Shown piece after piece: positions 32,511 through 42,329 of a stretch of 64,000 nucleotides of DNA. The position numbers and the translations under genes were made by a program. The number at the start of each line of letters is the position of its first letter. Position 1 is the first letter of the stretch. This DNA comes from Nannocystales bacterium (GTDB lineage: Bacteria > Myxococcota_A > Polyangia > Nannocystales > Nannocystaceae), in NCBI GenBank assembly GCA_050633305.1, contig JBOEGF010000005.1, positions 320,001 to 384,000 of the forward strand, given 5' to 3'. The notes under the pieces are model-generated. The model was not told the origin of the DNA and did no database searches. It saw only the letters and a program-made list of their open reading frames with translations.

Positions 32511-33332
32511 ATGAAGCAAGGCATGCGAAAGACTGGTTTGTGGGTGCTGGGTGCGTTTTTGGCAGCCTGTGGAGGCGATGCCGACGCAGGGTCGGCGGGT
32601 GGAAGCACCGGCGACGAGGAGACGTCGAGCTCGACCTCGGATACGGCGAGCACCACCACGATCACGGCCACGGGGCCCAGCACGACCAGCACGACCGACC
32701 CCTCGACGGGTCCCACCGATCCTTCGAGCACCACGACATCCACCGGTGTCGTCGAGGGCAGCAGCACGGATGAAACCGGAAGCTCCAGCGGCGGTTGCAC
32801 GCTCGGCGAGCTGGACTGCGGGTGTGACGAAGGGGCTTGTGCAGACGGACTCGAGTGCGATGCATCCGACGTGTGCACAGCTCCGGGCGTCTGCGAGGAT
32901 GATGAGTGGGGCGACATCAGCTCCGAAGACAACGCCCACTTCCTCGGCTCGATCGACGACGACGACGACAACGGCGGCAGCGTGATGGGCGTGCTCACCG
33001 GCCCGGACGACGTGGACTGGTTCCGCTACGACGGGGAGGACTCGTCCTTCGATTCTGTCGACCCGTTCCGCACGATCGCGGCCTCTGCAGAGGTCCGGTT
33101 CTGTAAGTTTGCGGAGTGTGCTGACGGTCTCGAGGACACGGAGTTCGCCTGCGGCGAAGGGGCAAGCGCGACGACGTCACCAGGCGGGCGACCGGGTTGC
33201 TGTGCCGAGGATGTCATCCACGTACCGGATGCCAACTGCAGCGGGACCATCAGCGACGACATGACGGTCTGGATCCGCGTGGACCAGCCCGACGCCGCGT
33301 GCGTCCAGTACGCGTTCGACTATCACTACTAA
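32511..33332 (+). CDS. Cys-rich acidic lipoprotein with Thr/Ser linker
   Basis: Lipobox LAAC; C..G..DC.C..G.C..GL.C module; DDVDWF. Confidence 0.85.
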   Translation: MKQGMRKTGLWVLGAFLAACGGDADAGSAGGSTGDEETSSSTSDTASTTTITATGPSTTSTTDPSTGPTDPSSTTTSTGVVEGSSTDETGSSSGGCTLGELDCGCDEGACADGLECDASDVCTAPGVCEDDEWGDISSEDNAHFLGSIDDDDDNGGSVMGVLTGPDDVDWFRYDGEDSSFDSVDPFRTIAASAEVRFCKFAECADGLEDTEFACGEGASATTSPGGRPGCCAEDVIHVPDANCSGTISDDMTVWIRVDQPDAACVQYAFDYHY

Positions 33333-33382
33333 GGAACGCCCAAAGCGGCGTGTGCGGGAGCCTAGGGGTACTCTTCCCGCAC

Positions 33383-33745
33383 GTGGCGAACGAACGCGCG
33401 ACATCGCTGCAGTGGCTCCCCGCGACGTTCGTTCTCGAGGTCGTCGCCTGGGAGGTCGGTTCGCGACTGGACCTCGCGATGCTCGACCCGTCCTGGGAGG
33501 AACTCGGGCGGAGCATCGACGTGGAGCGCATCACGTGGGGGCTGGGATGTGCCGCCACCGTGTTGTTTGTCCTGTTCATGGTGCTGCCCACCCGGTGGTC
33601 AAAGGGCGGTGTCTCGTGCGTTCAGCTCCTGGGGGTGCTCGGACTCGGGGCGTACTGGATCGGGGCATCGGTGGTCGCGAGCGGAGCCGTGGTGGTGGTC
33701 GCGAGCGTTGCTGCGTTCCTTCTGAGCGGTCGGACCGATGCTTGA
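33383..33745 (+). CDS. Small multi-TM hypothetical protein
   Basis: GTG 33383 preceded by TACTCT; 3-4 hydrophobic segments. Confidence 0.55.
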   Translation: MANERATSLQWLPATFVLEVVAWEVGSRLDLAMLDPSWEELGRSIDVERITWGLGCAATVLFVLFMVLPTRWSKGGVSCVQLLGVLGLGAYWIGASVVASGAVVVVASVAAFLLSGRTDA

Positions 33746-33832
33746 GCGGCCCGATGCGTCAACCGATTGGAATTTCGCTCTCCGGCGAGCACGTGGCGGG
33801 ACACCGGTTCCCTTCGAGGGGATAAAGGACTC

Positions 33833-34855
33833 ATGAATGCTCCGCCGCTTGATGTCGTCCTGAGCCAGTTCCACGCGACAGCGCCGACGTACGACGGCGG
33901 GATGAGCAACCACGGGCCGATGGTGGTGGAAGCGCTGGAGGCTGCGGGTCTCGAGGGGCATGCAGCGGCGTTCGCCGAACTGGCCCTCGAGACACTCGAG
34001 CCTCTGAACGGTGGTGCTTGCGGAAGCCTCGAGCTCGGCGACTTGCAAGAGGCGGGGTGGATCGAGCACTACCGGGCTCGTATCGCTGTGTCCTCGGTCG
34101 AGGACATGGTCCGCGAAGCCCTACCGACGCTACTGCCCGGGGCGATGGCAGGGGCAACCCACGGACTCATCCGGCTCTCCCATGCTGTTCGAGGGTGGAC
34201 GCGCGCGCCCTCGGAGGTCCGAGCCGAGGAGGTTGCCCACGCCTTGGGATACTGGGCGTCGGCCTATCAAACGCTCCCTGGGAATGTTGGCAGTGCACCG
34301 TCGGTCGAGCTTCGTACGGTCATGGCGACGCTACCGGGCCTTACGGACGAGGAGCGTTCGAGCGCGGGGATGATCTTCGATCGGGTCCGGGCGGTTGACG
34401 GCGTACAGCGCTTCGCCGACGCCGTCGCATCCGTCGACCTACGGGACCTATCGACCTCTGATTTCATCTCGGAGATGGTCGGGATCGCAGCGAGGATGAT
34501 GCTGACATCCCGCGGGTCCGGGTTTGCCTACTTGCACGCGATCACCGCGACATCTGCGGTCCGCTCGCTCCTCCCGTTCATCGATGCGGGGTCCGAGCTC
34601 GCGGTGCGGCATGCCGTCTTCCATTGCGTCGCAGCCCTGCACGCTGCGCATGGTGGGTCCGATGCGTGGCTGTCCTGGGAGCCTCCAGCGTCGCTCCCGG
34701 ATGCACAGACGCTCCCGCTGGAAGCGGCGCGCTCGCAGGGCGACCACGCGATCAAGCTCGCAGTGACCGTCGCCGATGAGGTCTCGCGGCGCCCAGACCC
34801 CGCGCTGCTGTGTGCGGCGCAGGCGGAGATCGACCGGTCGTTGGCCATCGCGTAG
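33833..34855 (+). CDS. Questin oxidase family (DUF4243) protein
   Basis: MSNHGPM, THGLIRL.HA, LHAITA, DHAIK conserved His motifs. Confidence 0.8.
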   Translation: MNAPPLDVVLSQFHATAPTYDGGMSNHGPMVVEALEAAGLEGHAAAFAELALETLEPLNGGACGSLELGDLQEAGWIEHYRARIAVSSVEDMVREALPTLLPGAMAGATHGLIRLSHAVRGWTRAPSEVRAEEVAHALGYWASAYQTLPGNVGSAPSVELRTVMATLPGLTDEERSSAGMIFDRVRAVDGVQRFADAVASVDLRDLSTSDFISEMVGIAARMMLTSRGSGFAYLHAITATSAVRSLLPFIDAGSELAVRHAVFHCVAALHAAHGGSDAWLSWEPPASLPDAQTLPLEAARSQGDHAIKLAVTVADEVSRRPDPALLCAAQAEIDRSLAIA

Positions 34856-34865
34856 GGCGACGTCC

Positions 34866-36785
34866 TCACCCTGTCAGGGTCGCCAGTGCGTGCTGCATGT
34901 CGCGCTCGTGTTGCGCTGCTGGGTCCTGGACCGCCAGCCCCATCGCGATGGTGCGGTGAAGCAGGGCCTGAACCTCGAGGAGCCTGTGAAACATCGTGGC
35001 TCTGTGGTCTTCGAGCGACCGGAGTCGGTCGAGGCCTTCGAGCATCGGCTGGCGAGCGACGGCGGCGTCGCCCCGGGCCTCGGATGCCGCGAGTGCGCGC
35101 ACCATCGCGCCCTCATCGAGCGTGGAGAGTTCCGCGGAAATGCTGGCCAGGCGCTGCACCGATTGTTCCACGGCGCCGACCAGCGCTTCGACCGGCTCGG
35201 TCACCATGTCGATCTCGTCTGCGTTCGCGCCTTGCAGCGCGGCTCGATGGTCGACCAAACGCTGGACCATCAATGCGAGGTCCGCGATCACGGCTCGCAC
35301 GTCCGCGGGGGGGTCAGCCTGGAGCAGCGCGGACAGCCGTGCCACGAACGGGTCTGATGCGGGCAGCGCGACCGGAGCCTCCCGCAGCCGGAATGTGCCC
35401 GGGGTCCGTTTTTCGATCGCGTGGTTGCTGAATCGGACCATCATGGCCCCGGCGGCGACGATGAACACCACCAGCGTGGGTGCCCAGATGGGCGTGGAGA
35501 CGAACTGGACAAGCGTCGCGAAGACGCCCGCCAAGACAATGCTGAGCCCCAGGAACTGCAGCCCGCTGGTTCGGGATGCGGTGGGGGAAACCAGGGCGAC
35601 CTTGAGGCCTTGGTCCCGCATCTCGTCATGAAGGGCCATCGCGGTGTCTTGGTCGAGGTCGGAGTACAGGCGGGCGGGCAGTCGGATTCGGCCGACCTTC
35701 TCATCGTCGTCGTAGAGGTGAACGTTGCCGATGATGAAGTCGGGGGTTCGCATCGGCGCACGAGACACCGCCGTGAGGAACCGTTGTAGCCACTCGAGTT
35801 TCGCGGCGTCCTCGCTCAGCGCGCGAAGCTCGAGGCCCCAGCCCCGATCCCCGATCGGGACATGAGCGAAGCGCACGGCGACCCGTCCACACGATAGACA
35901 CAGGCGTTGTCCGACGCGGAGCGATGCATCGCAGTGCTGGCAGCTCGACGTTCCATCGGCGAGGGCTAGGCCCGGCCCTCCCCGCAGCACCCATGTGACA
36001 TCCATGGCGCTCGGTGGGCGGTCCTCGGGTCGCTCGTTGAGCAGCCTGGCCACGAGCTCGGCCAACACGGGTGGGGCGTCCGCTCGAAGCGTCCGCAGCT
36101 CGGGCAGCGGCGTTCGTTCTCGGAGCAGAGATGGACCGTCGCTGAACGGGACCGACCCCGTCAGGGCGTGCCACATCAGCGCGCCAACGCTGTACAGGTC
36201 GCTGCGCTGATCGACCGTGGTCTTGAAGAGTTGCTCGGGAGCTGCGTACGGGCTGCCTTGGAGGAGCAGGCTGGAGGCGGTGTGGCTGGAGAGGACATCC
36301 ACCCGGGCCAGGCCGATGTCGCACAACACGATCGAGCCGTCGGCTGTCCGCAAGACCTGCTCGGGTCTGAGGTCGCGCAAGACCGCTCCACAGCGATGAA
36401 TGTCGTGTACCGCGTCGGTCAGACCGGAGAACACGGCGGTGAATTCCTCGAGTCCGATCGGCGCGCGCGCCAAGATGGCCGTGAGGCTCTCCGCGTCCGG
36501 GATCGGGCGCATCCGCCACGGCGGGGGGGCTGCCGGGTCGCGCGGGTCGGGCTGCGGCCCCAGGGCGAGCGTCTCGACAAGCGCGTGGGCACCCAGCTGC
36601 ATGACGCGCTCTTGGTCGCGCACGTACCGGCGGCGGATGGAGTCGTCGCGAGCGAGGTCCGGGGCGAGCTGGGCGACCAGCGCGTTGCGGCCATCGCGCA
36701 GCCGGACCACCCATCGCTGCTCGGTCCCCACGTCGGCCGGTCCTTGCAAGACCTCGTGGGGGGGCTGTAGGAAGTCGAGGATCAC
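34866..36785 (-). CDS. Pseudokinase with Zn-ribbon, 2 TM and helical C-terminal domain
   Basis: Kinase fold (YAAPE, RSDLYSVG) but LRDLRPEQ, DIG, and no Gly-loop or VAIK Lys; CQHC...CLSC. Confidence 0.85.
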   Translation of the reverse strand: MILDFLQPPHEVLQGPADVGTEQRWVVRLRDGRNALVAQLAPDLARDDSIRRRYVRDQERVMQLGAHALVETLALGPQPDPRDPAAPPPWRMRPIPDAESLTAILARAPIGLEEFTAVFSGLTDAVHDIHRCGAVLRDLRPEQVLRTADGSIVLCDIGLARVDVLSSHTASSLLLQGSPYAAPEQLFKTTVDQRSDLYSVGALMWHALTGSVPFSDGPSLLRERTPLPELRTLRADAPPVLAELVARLLNERPEDRPPSAMDVTWVLRGGPGLALADGTSSCQHCDASLRVGQRLCLSCGRVAVRFAHVPIGDRGWGLELRALSEDAAKLEWLQRFLTAVSRAPMRTPDFIIGNVHLYDDDEKVGRIRLPARLYSDLDQDTAMALHDEMRDQGLKVALVSPTASRTSGLQFLGLSIVLAGVFATLVQFVSTPIWAPTLVVFIVAAGAMMVRFSNHAIEKRTPGTFRLREAPVALPASDPFVARLSALLQADPPADVRAVIADLALMVQRLVDHRAALQGANADEIDMVTEPVEALVGAVEQSVQRLASISAELSTLDEGAMVRALAASEARGDAAVARQPMLEGLDRLRSLEDHRATMFHRLLEVQALLHRTIAMGLAVQDPAAQHERDMQHALATLTG

Positions 36786-38743
36786 AAGGACTGAACCTCC
36801 TCCAAGGACTCGACCGTGGCTCGCAAGGAGGCGAGCGCCTCGGCCTCGGGCGCGTCGCCCAGTCGGTGCGAGGCAGACGCTTGGCGGGCCCCGAGTGCGT
36901 CGAGCGTCGCGGTGAGGTCGAGCAGGCGCCCAGACCAGAGGTCGCGCTCGTGCATGCTGTTTCGATGCTCGGGGTGCGCGGGGTCGAAGTCAGCGCGGGC
37001 CATCTGGGCGTCGAGTTCGTCCATCCGGTGTGCGGCCACGGCGGCGAGGTTGATCGCATGGGCCATCTCGTCGGCGACCTCGGCCTGCTGGGCTTCAGTC
37101 AGAGTACGCGTGAGGTCGACGGTCCGGTGAACGACGGCCCGGAGAGCCTCACGATGTCGCGCTTCTTTGAGCTTGGGGACGGTTCGGTAGAGCCCGTCGA
37201 GACGCTGTTGCATCGCGAATGGGAGGGCACGCTGCTCGCTGCCTCGACCCACTCGCAACGCGGTACGGAACGCCGAGCGTCGACTGAACAACAACACGAA
37301 GGGGAAGGCGGCTGCGATGGCGACGGCGGTGACCGGTAGTCCGAGGAGCGGGTTGAGCATGAGTGGGATGGACGCGACAGCCCCGGCGAGTGTCATTCCT
37401 CGCCGCAGCAGCGCCCACGCGGCTCGTCTGACATGGGGGTGGGACGTGGCGCCTCCTCGGGTCGTTTCGACCAGGATCCCGAGGTGGCGCATCGAGTCGA
37501 CCAGCGTTTGTGCGCTCGCGGCACTCAGGCCGACCGCGAGCGGGAAGGCGAGCCGTGGGATCCGTTGTTCGAGTCCTTCGGGATCGAGGCCGGCTGCTGC
37601 GTTGGCCCGAACCCAGCGCACGAGCTTGTCGCGGAGCTCACTCGAAAACTTGTGCGACAGCTTGCCGGGGCCGACGACGAACACCGAGCAGGGTCCCGAC
37701 TCGACGAGCAACTGAACCATCCCGCAACGAAAGCAGACCCGTAGCTCCGCAAGCACTCTCGCCCCACATCCCGCGCAACGACCCTCGGTGGCGTCTCCCG
37801 CATGGTGGGCGAGGGCGTGTTGAACCGGGACCAGCGAGGCGTCGGTCTGGGGCTCGCTCAAGTGCTCGAGCGCGTCCAGCACGGCGGCGGCGGCTTGGGG
37901 GCGTTCTCCGGGCGCCTTCGCGAGCAACCGTCGCGTGAGCTCATCGAGTCTGCGGCCATACGCTCCGGGGAGCGATGGAATCTCCGCGGTTCGGTGGGCT
38001 TCGAGGACCGCGTAGGGGGTGCTTCCACCGTACGGCGGAGCGCCGGTGGCCAACTCATAGATGATGCAGCCCAATGCGTAGAGGTCGGTCCGCGGATCGA
38101 CCGCGAGGGGGTCCAGGCATTCGGGGGCCATGTACGGTGGCGTCCCAAGGACGGTCAGCGCCCTCCGATCCGCGGCGGCGAACGATGCCGCGCGGGCCAT
38201 GCCAAAGTCGGCGATCTTCGCGACCGGCGGATTGTCTCGAGTGAGCAAGACGTTGGCGGGCTTGAGGTCGCGGTGGATGACCCCGCGGGCGTGAGCGTGG
38301 GACAACCCGCGTGCGATGTCGCGAGCGATCGGGACCAGCGTTTCGAAGCTCAGCGTCTGGTGGGTCGCGAGGTGGGCCGCAAGGGTTGGGCCTTCGACCA
38401 ACTCCATGAGCAGCGCGGTCCGCTGTTGGACGTCCCGGACCCCGAACACTCGGACGATGTTGGGGTGAACCAGTCCCGATGCCAGCTCCGCCTCTCGCTG
38501 GAAACGCGCTCGGGCGCCTGCATCCCGTTGGTGGCGCGCATGCAGCACCTTGGCGGCGAGGCGGGACCCGCTCTGTGCTCCGATGACCTCGCGAACCGTC
38601 GCGATGGCTCCACTACCGATCTCACGCCCCGGGGCGAGCGACTCGTCGAGCAGGGGCACCGCGGGGTTCAACGTGAAAACGTTGGCAAATGCAGACCCGT
38701 AGGGCAACCCTGTGCGGGTTTCGGGCAACGGGTCGTTGGGCAT
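36782..38743 (-). CDS. Ser/Thr kinase with Zn-ribbon, TM pair and helical C-terminal domain (start uncertain)
   Basis: GSGAIATV, AAK, HRDLKPAN, DFG, GTPPYMAPE; CAGC...CFRC. Confidence 0.9.
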   Translation of the reverse strand: MPNDPLPETRTGLPYGSAFANVFTLNPAVPLLDESLAPGREIGSGAIATVREVIGAQSGSRLAAKVLHARHQRDAGARARFQREAELASGLVHPNIVRVFGVRDVQQRTALLMELVEGPTLAAHLATHQTLSFETLVPIARDIARGLSHAHARGVIHRDLKPANVLLTRDNPPVAKIADFGMARAASFAAADRRALTVLGTPPYMAPECLDPLAVDPRTDLYALGCIIYELATGAPPYGGSTPYAVLEAHRTAEIPSLPGAYGRRLDELTRRLLAKAPGERPQAAAAVLDALEHLSEPQTDASLVPVQHALAHHAGDATEGRCAGCGARVLAELRVCFRCGMVQLLVESGPCSVFVVGPGKLSHKFSSELRDKLVRWVRANAAAGLDPEGLEQRIPRLAFPLAVGLSAASAQTLVDSMRHLGILVETTRGGATSHPHVRRAAWALLRRGMTLAGAVASIPLMLNPLLGLPVTAVAIAAAFPFVLLFSRRSAFRTALRVGRGSEQRALPFAMQQRLDGLYRTVPKLKEARHREALRAVVHRTVDLTRTLTEAQQAEVADEMAHAINLAAVAAHRMDELDAQMARADFDPAHPEHRNSMHERDLWSGRLLDLTATLDALGARQASASHRLGDAPEAEALASLRATVESLEEVQSL

Positions 38744-38758
38744 GGTAAGACCCGAGAA

Positions 38759-39205
38759 ATGCGGTCCCTGGGCCTTGACGTCGGTTCCAAGACCATCGGC
38801 CGGGCCTTTGGTGATGAAGGGGGCCTGATCGCGACGGCATTCGACGTGTGGCGACGCAAGGGCCACGTGGAAGATGCGAGGGAGATTGCGCGTCAAGCTG
38901 GGGCGGAGGCTGTGAAAGCGATCGTGGTGGGATATCCCCTGGAGCTGGACGGACGGGTCGGCAGACGCGCCCGAGCGGTGCACAAGTTCATCGAGGTGCT
39001 CGAGGTCGAACTCCAGGGTCAAAGCGTCGGGGCCGAGATCCACTTGTGGGATGAGCGGTTCAGCACCGCGGCAGCCGAGCGAACGCTGCTGGAGGCTGAC
39101 GTCTCCCGGGCGCGGCGGAAGTCCAAGATCGATGCTGTCGCGGCCCAGGTGATCCTGCAAGGTTGGCTCGACGCGGAACGCAACAAGCGGGAGGACAATC
39201 GATGA
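38759..39205 (+). CDS. ruvX: RuvX/YqgF nuclease
   Basis: LGLDVGSKTIG.A, VVGYP, WDERFST, ID.VAA.VILQ.WL; upstream of mltG. Confidence 0.95.
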   Translation: MRSLGLDVGSKTIGRAFGDEGGLIATAFDVWRRKGHVEDAREIARQAGAEAVKAIVVGYPLELDGRVGRRARAVHKFIEVLEVELQGQSVGAEIHLWDERFSTAAAERTLLEADVSRARRKSKIDAVAAQVILQGWLDAERNKREDNR

Positions 39206-40407
39206 GTGCCGCACGAGCGAAGGCCAAGGCCAAGCCGAAGTCCACGCGTCGCAAAAAACGACCGTGGTGGAAGCCGAAGGGCTCCGCTCGGACCCAGCGG
39301 TGGGCCTTTGGTGTCGTTTTGATCAGCCTCGGTGGTGCTGCATGGGCTGCGCATGGCGCCTATGAGCGGTTGCTCGACTATCCGAGCAAGGCGCTGGAGG
39401 GCGACACGACACCGATCGAACTCGAGGTGCCACGCGGTGCTTCGTTTCCGCAGGTGCTCGAGTTGTTGGTCGAACACGAGGTCTTGGCCTCGGGTGACGC
39501 GAGTGCGTTCAAGGTCTACGTTTTACACAAAGGCGCGGCGCGAAAAACGACCGCGGGCCCGCACGTGTTTCGCGGGGACATGACGCCCGAGGAGATCCTC
39601 GAAGAACTACAGCGCAAGCAGAAGGTCGCGGAGGTGCGGGTTACGGTTCCCGAGGGGAAGAACCTGCTCGACGTCGCCAAGATCCTCGCCGATTCGGGGC
39701 TGGCCACGGCGGATGCGTTTGAAGCTGCGATGCGAGACCGGGCGCTGCTCGATTCGCTCGACATCAAGGGGGAGACGGCCGAGGGGTATCTCTTCCCCGA
39801 CACCTACAAGTTCGCCGCCAAGGCGACTCCGGCCGACGTTGTCACCCGAATGGTGAAGCGGCACCAACAAGTCTTTGCTGGCTTGGCCCGCACGCACCGG
39901 GACTCCATCGCGAGTCTCGACAAGAGTCTGGGGTGGGGGCCGCAGGAGGTCGTGACACTCGCGTCCATCGTCGAGAAAGAGACCGGGGCCAAGCACGAGC
40001 GCCCGCTGATCGCAGGGGTGTTCCTCAACCGGATGAAGTTCTCCAGCTTCAAGCCCAAGCTGTTGCAGACCGACCCCACCATCATCTACGGCTGCACGGT
40101 TCCCGCAGAGAAGTCCGCTGCATGTCAGAAATTCGAGGGCCGTATCCGCAGGATCCACCTCGACGACAAGGACAACGCCTACAGCACATACGCGAACGAG
40201 GGGCTCCCGCCGGGTCCGATCTCCAACCCGGGCAAGGCTGCGCTCGAGGCTGTCCTCGCGCCCAAGAAATCGCGGTTCCTGTATTTCGTTGCGCGGAACG
40301 ACGGGACCCACGAGTTCAGCAAGTCGGTGGCTGAGCACGAGAGATGGGTCGACCTGTACCAGCGCAAAGGCCAGGTCGGGAGACCCAAGAAAAAGAAGAA
40401 GCCGTAG
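39202..40407 (+). CDS. mltG: Endolytic transglycosylase MltG
   Basis: EGYLFPDTY, LASIVEKET, LQTDPT, GLPPGPISNPG, LYFVA. Confidence 0.96.
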   Translation: MSAARAKAKAKPKSTRRKKRPWWKPKGSARTQRWAFGVVLISLGGAAWAAHGAYERLLDYPSKALEGDTTPIELEVPRGASFPQVLELLVEHEVLASGDASAFKVYVLHKGAARKTTAGPHVFRGDMTPEEILEELQRKQKVAEVRVTVPEGKNLLDVAKILADSGLATADAFEAAMRDRALLDSLDIKGETAEGYLFPDTYKFAAKATPADVVTRMVKRHQQVFAGLARTHRDSIASLDKSLGWGPQEVVTLASIVEKETGAKHERPLIAGVFLNRMKFSSFKPKLLQTDPTIIYGCTVPAEKSAACQKFEGRIRRIHLDDKDNAYSTYANEGLPPGPISNPGKAALEAVLAPKKSRFLYFVARNDGTHEFSKSVAEHERWVDLYQRKGQVGRPKKKKKP

Positions 40408-40419
40408 AGGCCAGGCGTA

Positions 40420-41133
40420 CTACTCGAGACTGTCGACCGCCCAGCCGTCGCCCTTGCGCAGTAGTGACACGGTGGTCTGCCCCCAGCGGACCGAGGCTCG
40501 GCGCTCCGAGCCCTGTGGTGCCGACGGTGTGGCGGTGTTGGCGAGTGCGGCGAGAGCACGTGACAGTCCGGTGCGGCTGAACAACAGCGCGTCGTCCAGA
40601 CCTCGGGTGAAGGCTGCGAGGGCCTCGGCGCGGGCCTCAGGGGTCGCATCGGGGTCGAGTGCGACCGTGGCGAACCCGTGCAGGCTGAGCAGTGCGGACG
40701 GGGCATCCGATGCGGCGATGCCTTGCGGGCGCCCACCGACGGTATGGCCGGCCGCGCGGGTGCGGACGATCTCCTCGAGGCTGTCGGTGTCGGTTGTTTC
40801 GGTGGCCCGCAGCGCGAGGAGAGGCTGCGGTGGGCCCACGGGTACCAATGTGTCGTCGTCGCCCGTTGAGGTAAAGCGCCACAGGGCCAACGAGAGCGTA
40901 GCCCCATCGTGGTGGGCGATGACCAAGGAGAGTTTTCCCGTTGCAGCATTTCCCACTTCTGCCACCAGGGCGACGGCCGACCCCTCGGGACGATGAGCGT
41001 TCAACGTGGTTTCAAACTGAAACCCGCTTGGCTTTGCGGCTGAGGCTGGGGGGTCCGCGGGGGGTGGTGCGGGGGCCTCATTGCAGCCTCCCAGTGCAAG
41101 GGCACCGACGAGAAGGACCACCAGGCGCGACAC
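40420..41133 (-). CDS. Hypothetical lipoprotein
   Basis: Signal MSRLVVLLVGALALGGC lipobox. Confidence 0.75.
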   Translation of the reverse strand: MSRLVVLLVGALALGGCNEAPAPPPADPPASAAKPSGFQFETTLNAHRPEGSAVALVAEVGNAATGKLSLVIAHHDGATLSLALWRFTSTGDDDTLVPVGPPQPLLALRATETTDTDSLEEIVRTRAAGHTVGGRPQGIAASDAPSALLSLHGFATVALDPDATPEARAEALAAFTRGLDDALLFSRTGLSRALAALANTATPSAPQGSERRASVRWGQTTVSLLRKGDGWAVDSLE

Positions 41134-41188
41134 GCCTCAGCGTCCCCGACAGCGCCCGAAGCGGTCAAGCGGGTGGTACGCTCCAAGT

Positions 41189-42319
41189 GTGAGCGCTGTT
41201 TGGAGACGCTGTACCGCGTTTTGGGTCGCTGCTTGCCTGTGGGGCTTGGGTCTTCCGGTTCCCATGGCGAACGCTGCGGCGACCCTCGTTCCCGCTGCGG
41301 CACCTGGGGAAGGCACGGCGACGGTCGCGGTGCTGCCTCTGCAGGTCGAGGGCGAGCTCAGTCCTGCCGACCGCGAGAGCCTGACCAATGAACTGGTCTC
41401 TGGGCTCGAGCGTGGCGCCTTCGGTGTCGTGGGTCCGGCCGAGGTGTTGAGCGCGTCGCCCAAAGCCGAGGGCTGTGAGAAGGCAAAGTGCCTTGCCGCT
41501 GCGGCGAGCGACACGGACGCGACGCACGTCTTGAGGGCTCGGATCACGGTGGTCGATCGCGACTACACCGTGGCGGTTGAACTCTACGACGGTCGAACTG
41601 GCGACTCGCTGGCCAAGACGGATGAGTCTTGCGAGATCTGCGGCATCACGGACGCGGGGAACCTGATGGAGACCGCCGCCGCGACGCTTCGGACGAAGCT
41701 CGACGCGCTTGCGAAGGGTCCCAGTACGCTTTCGATCGTGTCCGAGCCCGACGGGGCAGAGGTCATGCTCGATGGGGAGATCATTGGGGTGACTCCACTG
41801 GAACGTCCCGTCATTCCTGGGAAGGCGGTCGTTCGAGTCTCCAAGGAGGGCTTCATCGGCATCGAACGAGAAGTCGAGCTCGTCGAGGGCGTCGCAGAGA
41901 GCCTGTCCTTCGACCTCGAGAAGGTCCCAAGTCGGCTTCCTTCACGTCCGTGGGGATGGGTCTCGCTGGGGCTTGGTGTTGCGGCTCTCGGCGCTGCGAC
42001 GACGTTTGCCGTGTTCGGCGCGACCGAACGCGAGTACAAGCTCGGCGGCGACACCCAGAACAACTGCTTTCGCAACGAGGACGAGAGCGGAAACTGCAAG
42101 TACGTGTGGAACACCGAGTGGCACGCGTTGGGGTTGGGCATTGCGGGCGGCGCACTCACGACCCTGGGCATCGCCATCCTGCTCAACAGTCGAGGCGGGA
42201 AGCGAGCGAAGAGCGAGGACTCCGGTGGTGAACTCGACAGCAAGACCGCACGTCGCCGCAGCCGACGACCGCGAGTTGGGATCGGCTGGGGCAACCTGAC
42301 GCTTCAGGGCCGCTTCTAA
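41189..42319 (+). CDS. PEGA domain protein
   Basis: LSIVSEPDGAEV.LDG..IGVTPL PEGA motif; signal peptide; C-terminal LQGRF. Confidence 0.85.
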   Translation: MSAVWRRCTAFWVAACLWGLGLPVPMANAAATLVPAAAPGEGTATVAVLPLQVEGELSPADRESLTNELVSGLERGAFGVVGPAEVLSASPKAEGCEKAKCLAAAASDTDATHVLRARITVVDRDYTVAVELYDGRTGDSLAKTDESCEICGITDAGNLMETAAATLRTKLDALAKGPSTLSIVSEPDGAEVMLDGEIIGVTPLERPVIPGKAVVRVSKEGFIGIEREVELVEGVAESLSFDLEKVPSRLPSRPWGWVSLGLGVAALGAATTFAVFGATEREYKLGGDTQNNCFRNEDESGNCKYVWNTEWHALGLGIAGGALTTLGIAILLNSRGGKRAKSEDSGGELDSKTARRRSRRPRVGIGWGNLTLQGRF

Positions 42320-42329
42320 GGGAGCGTCC

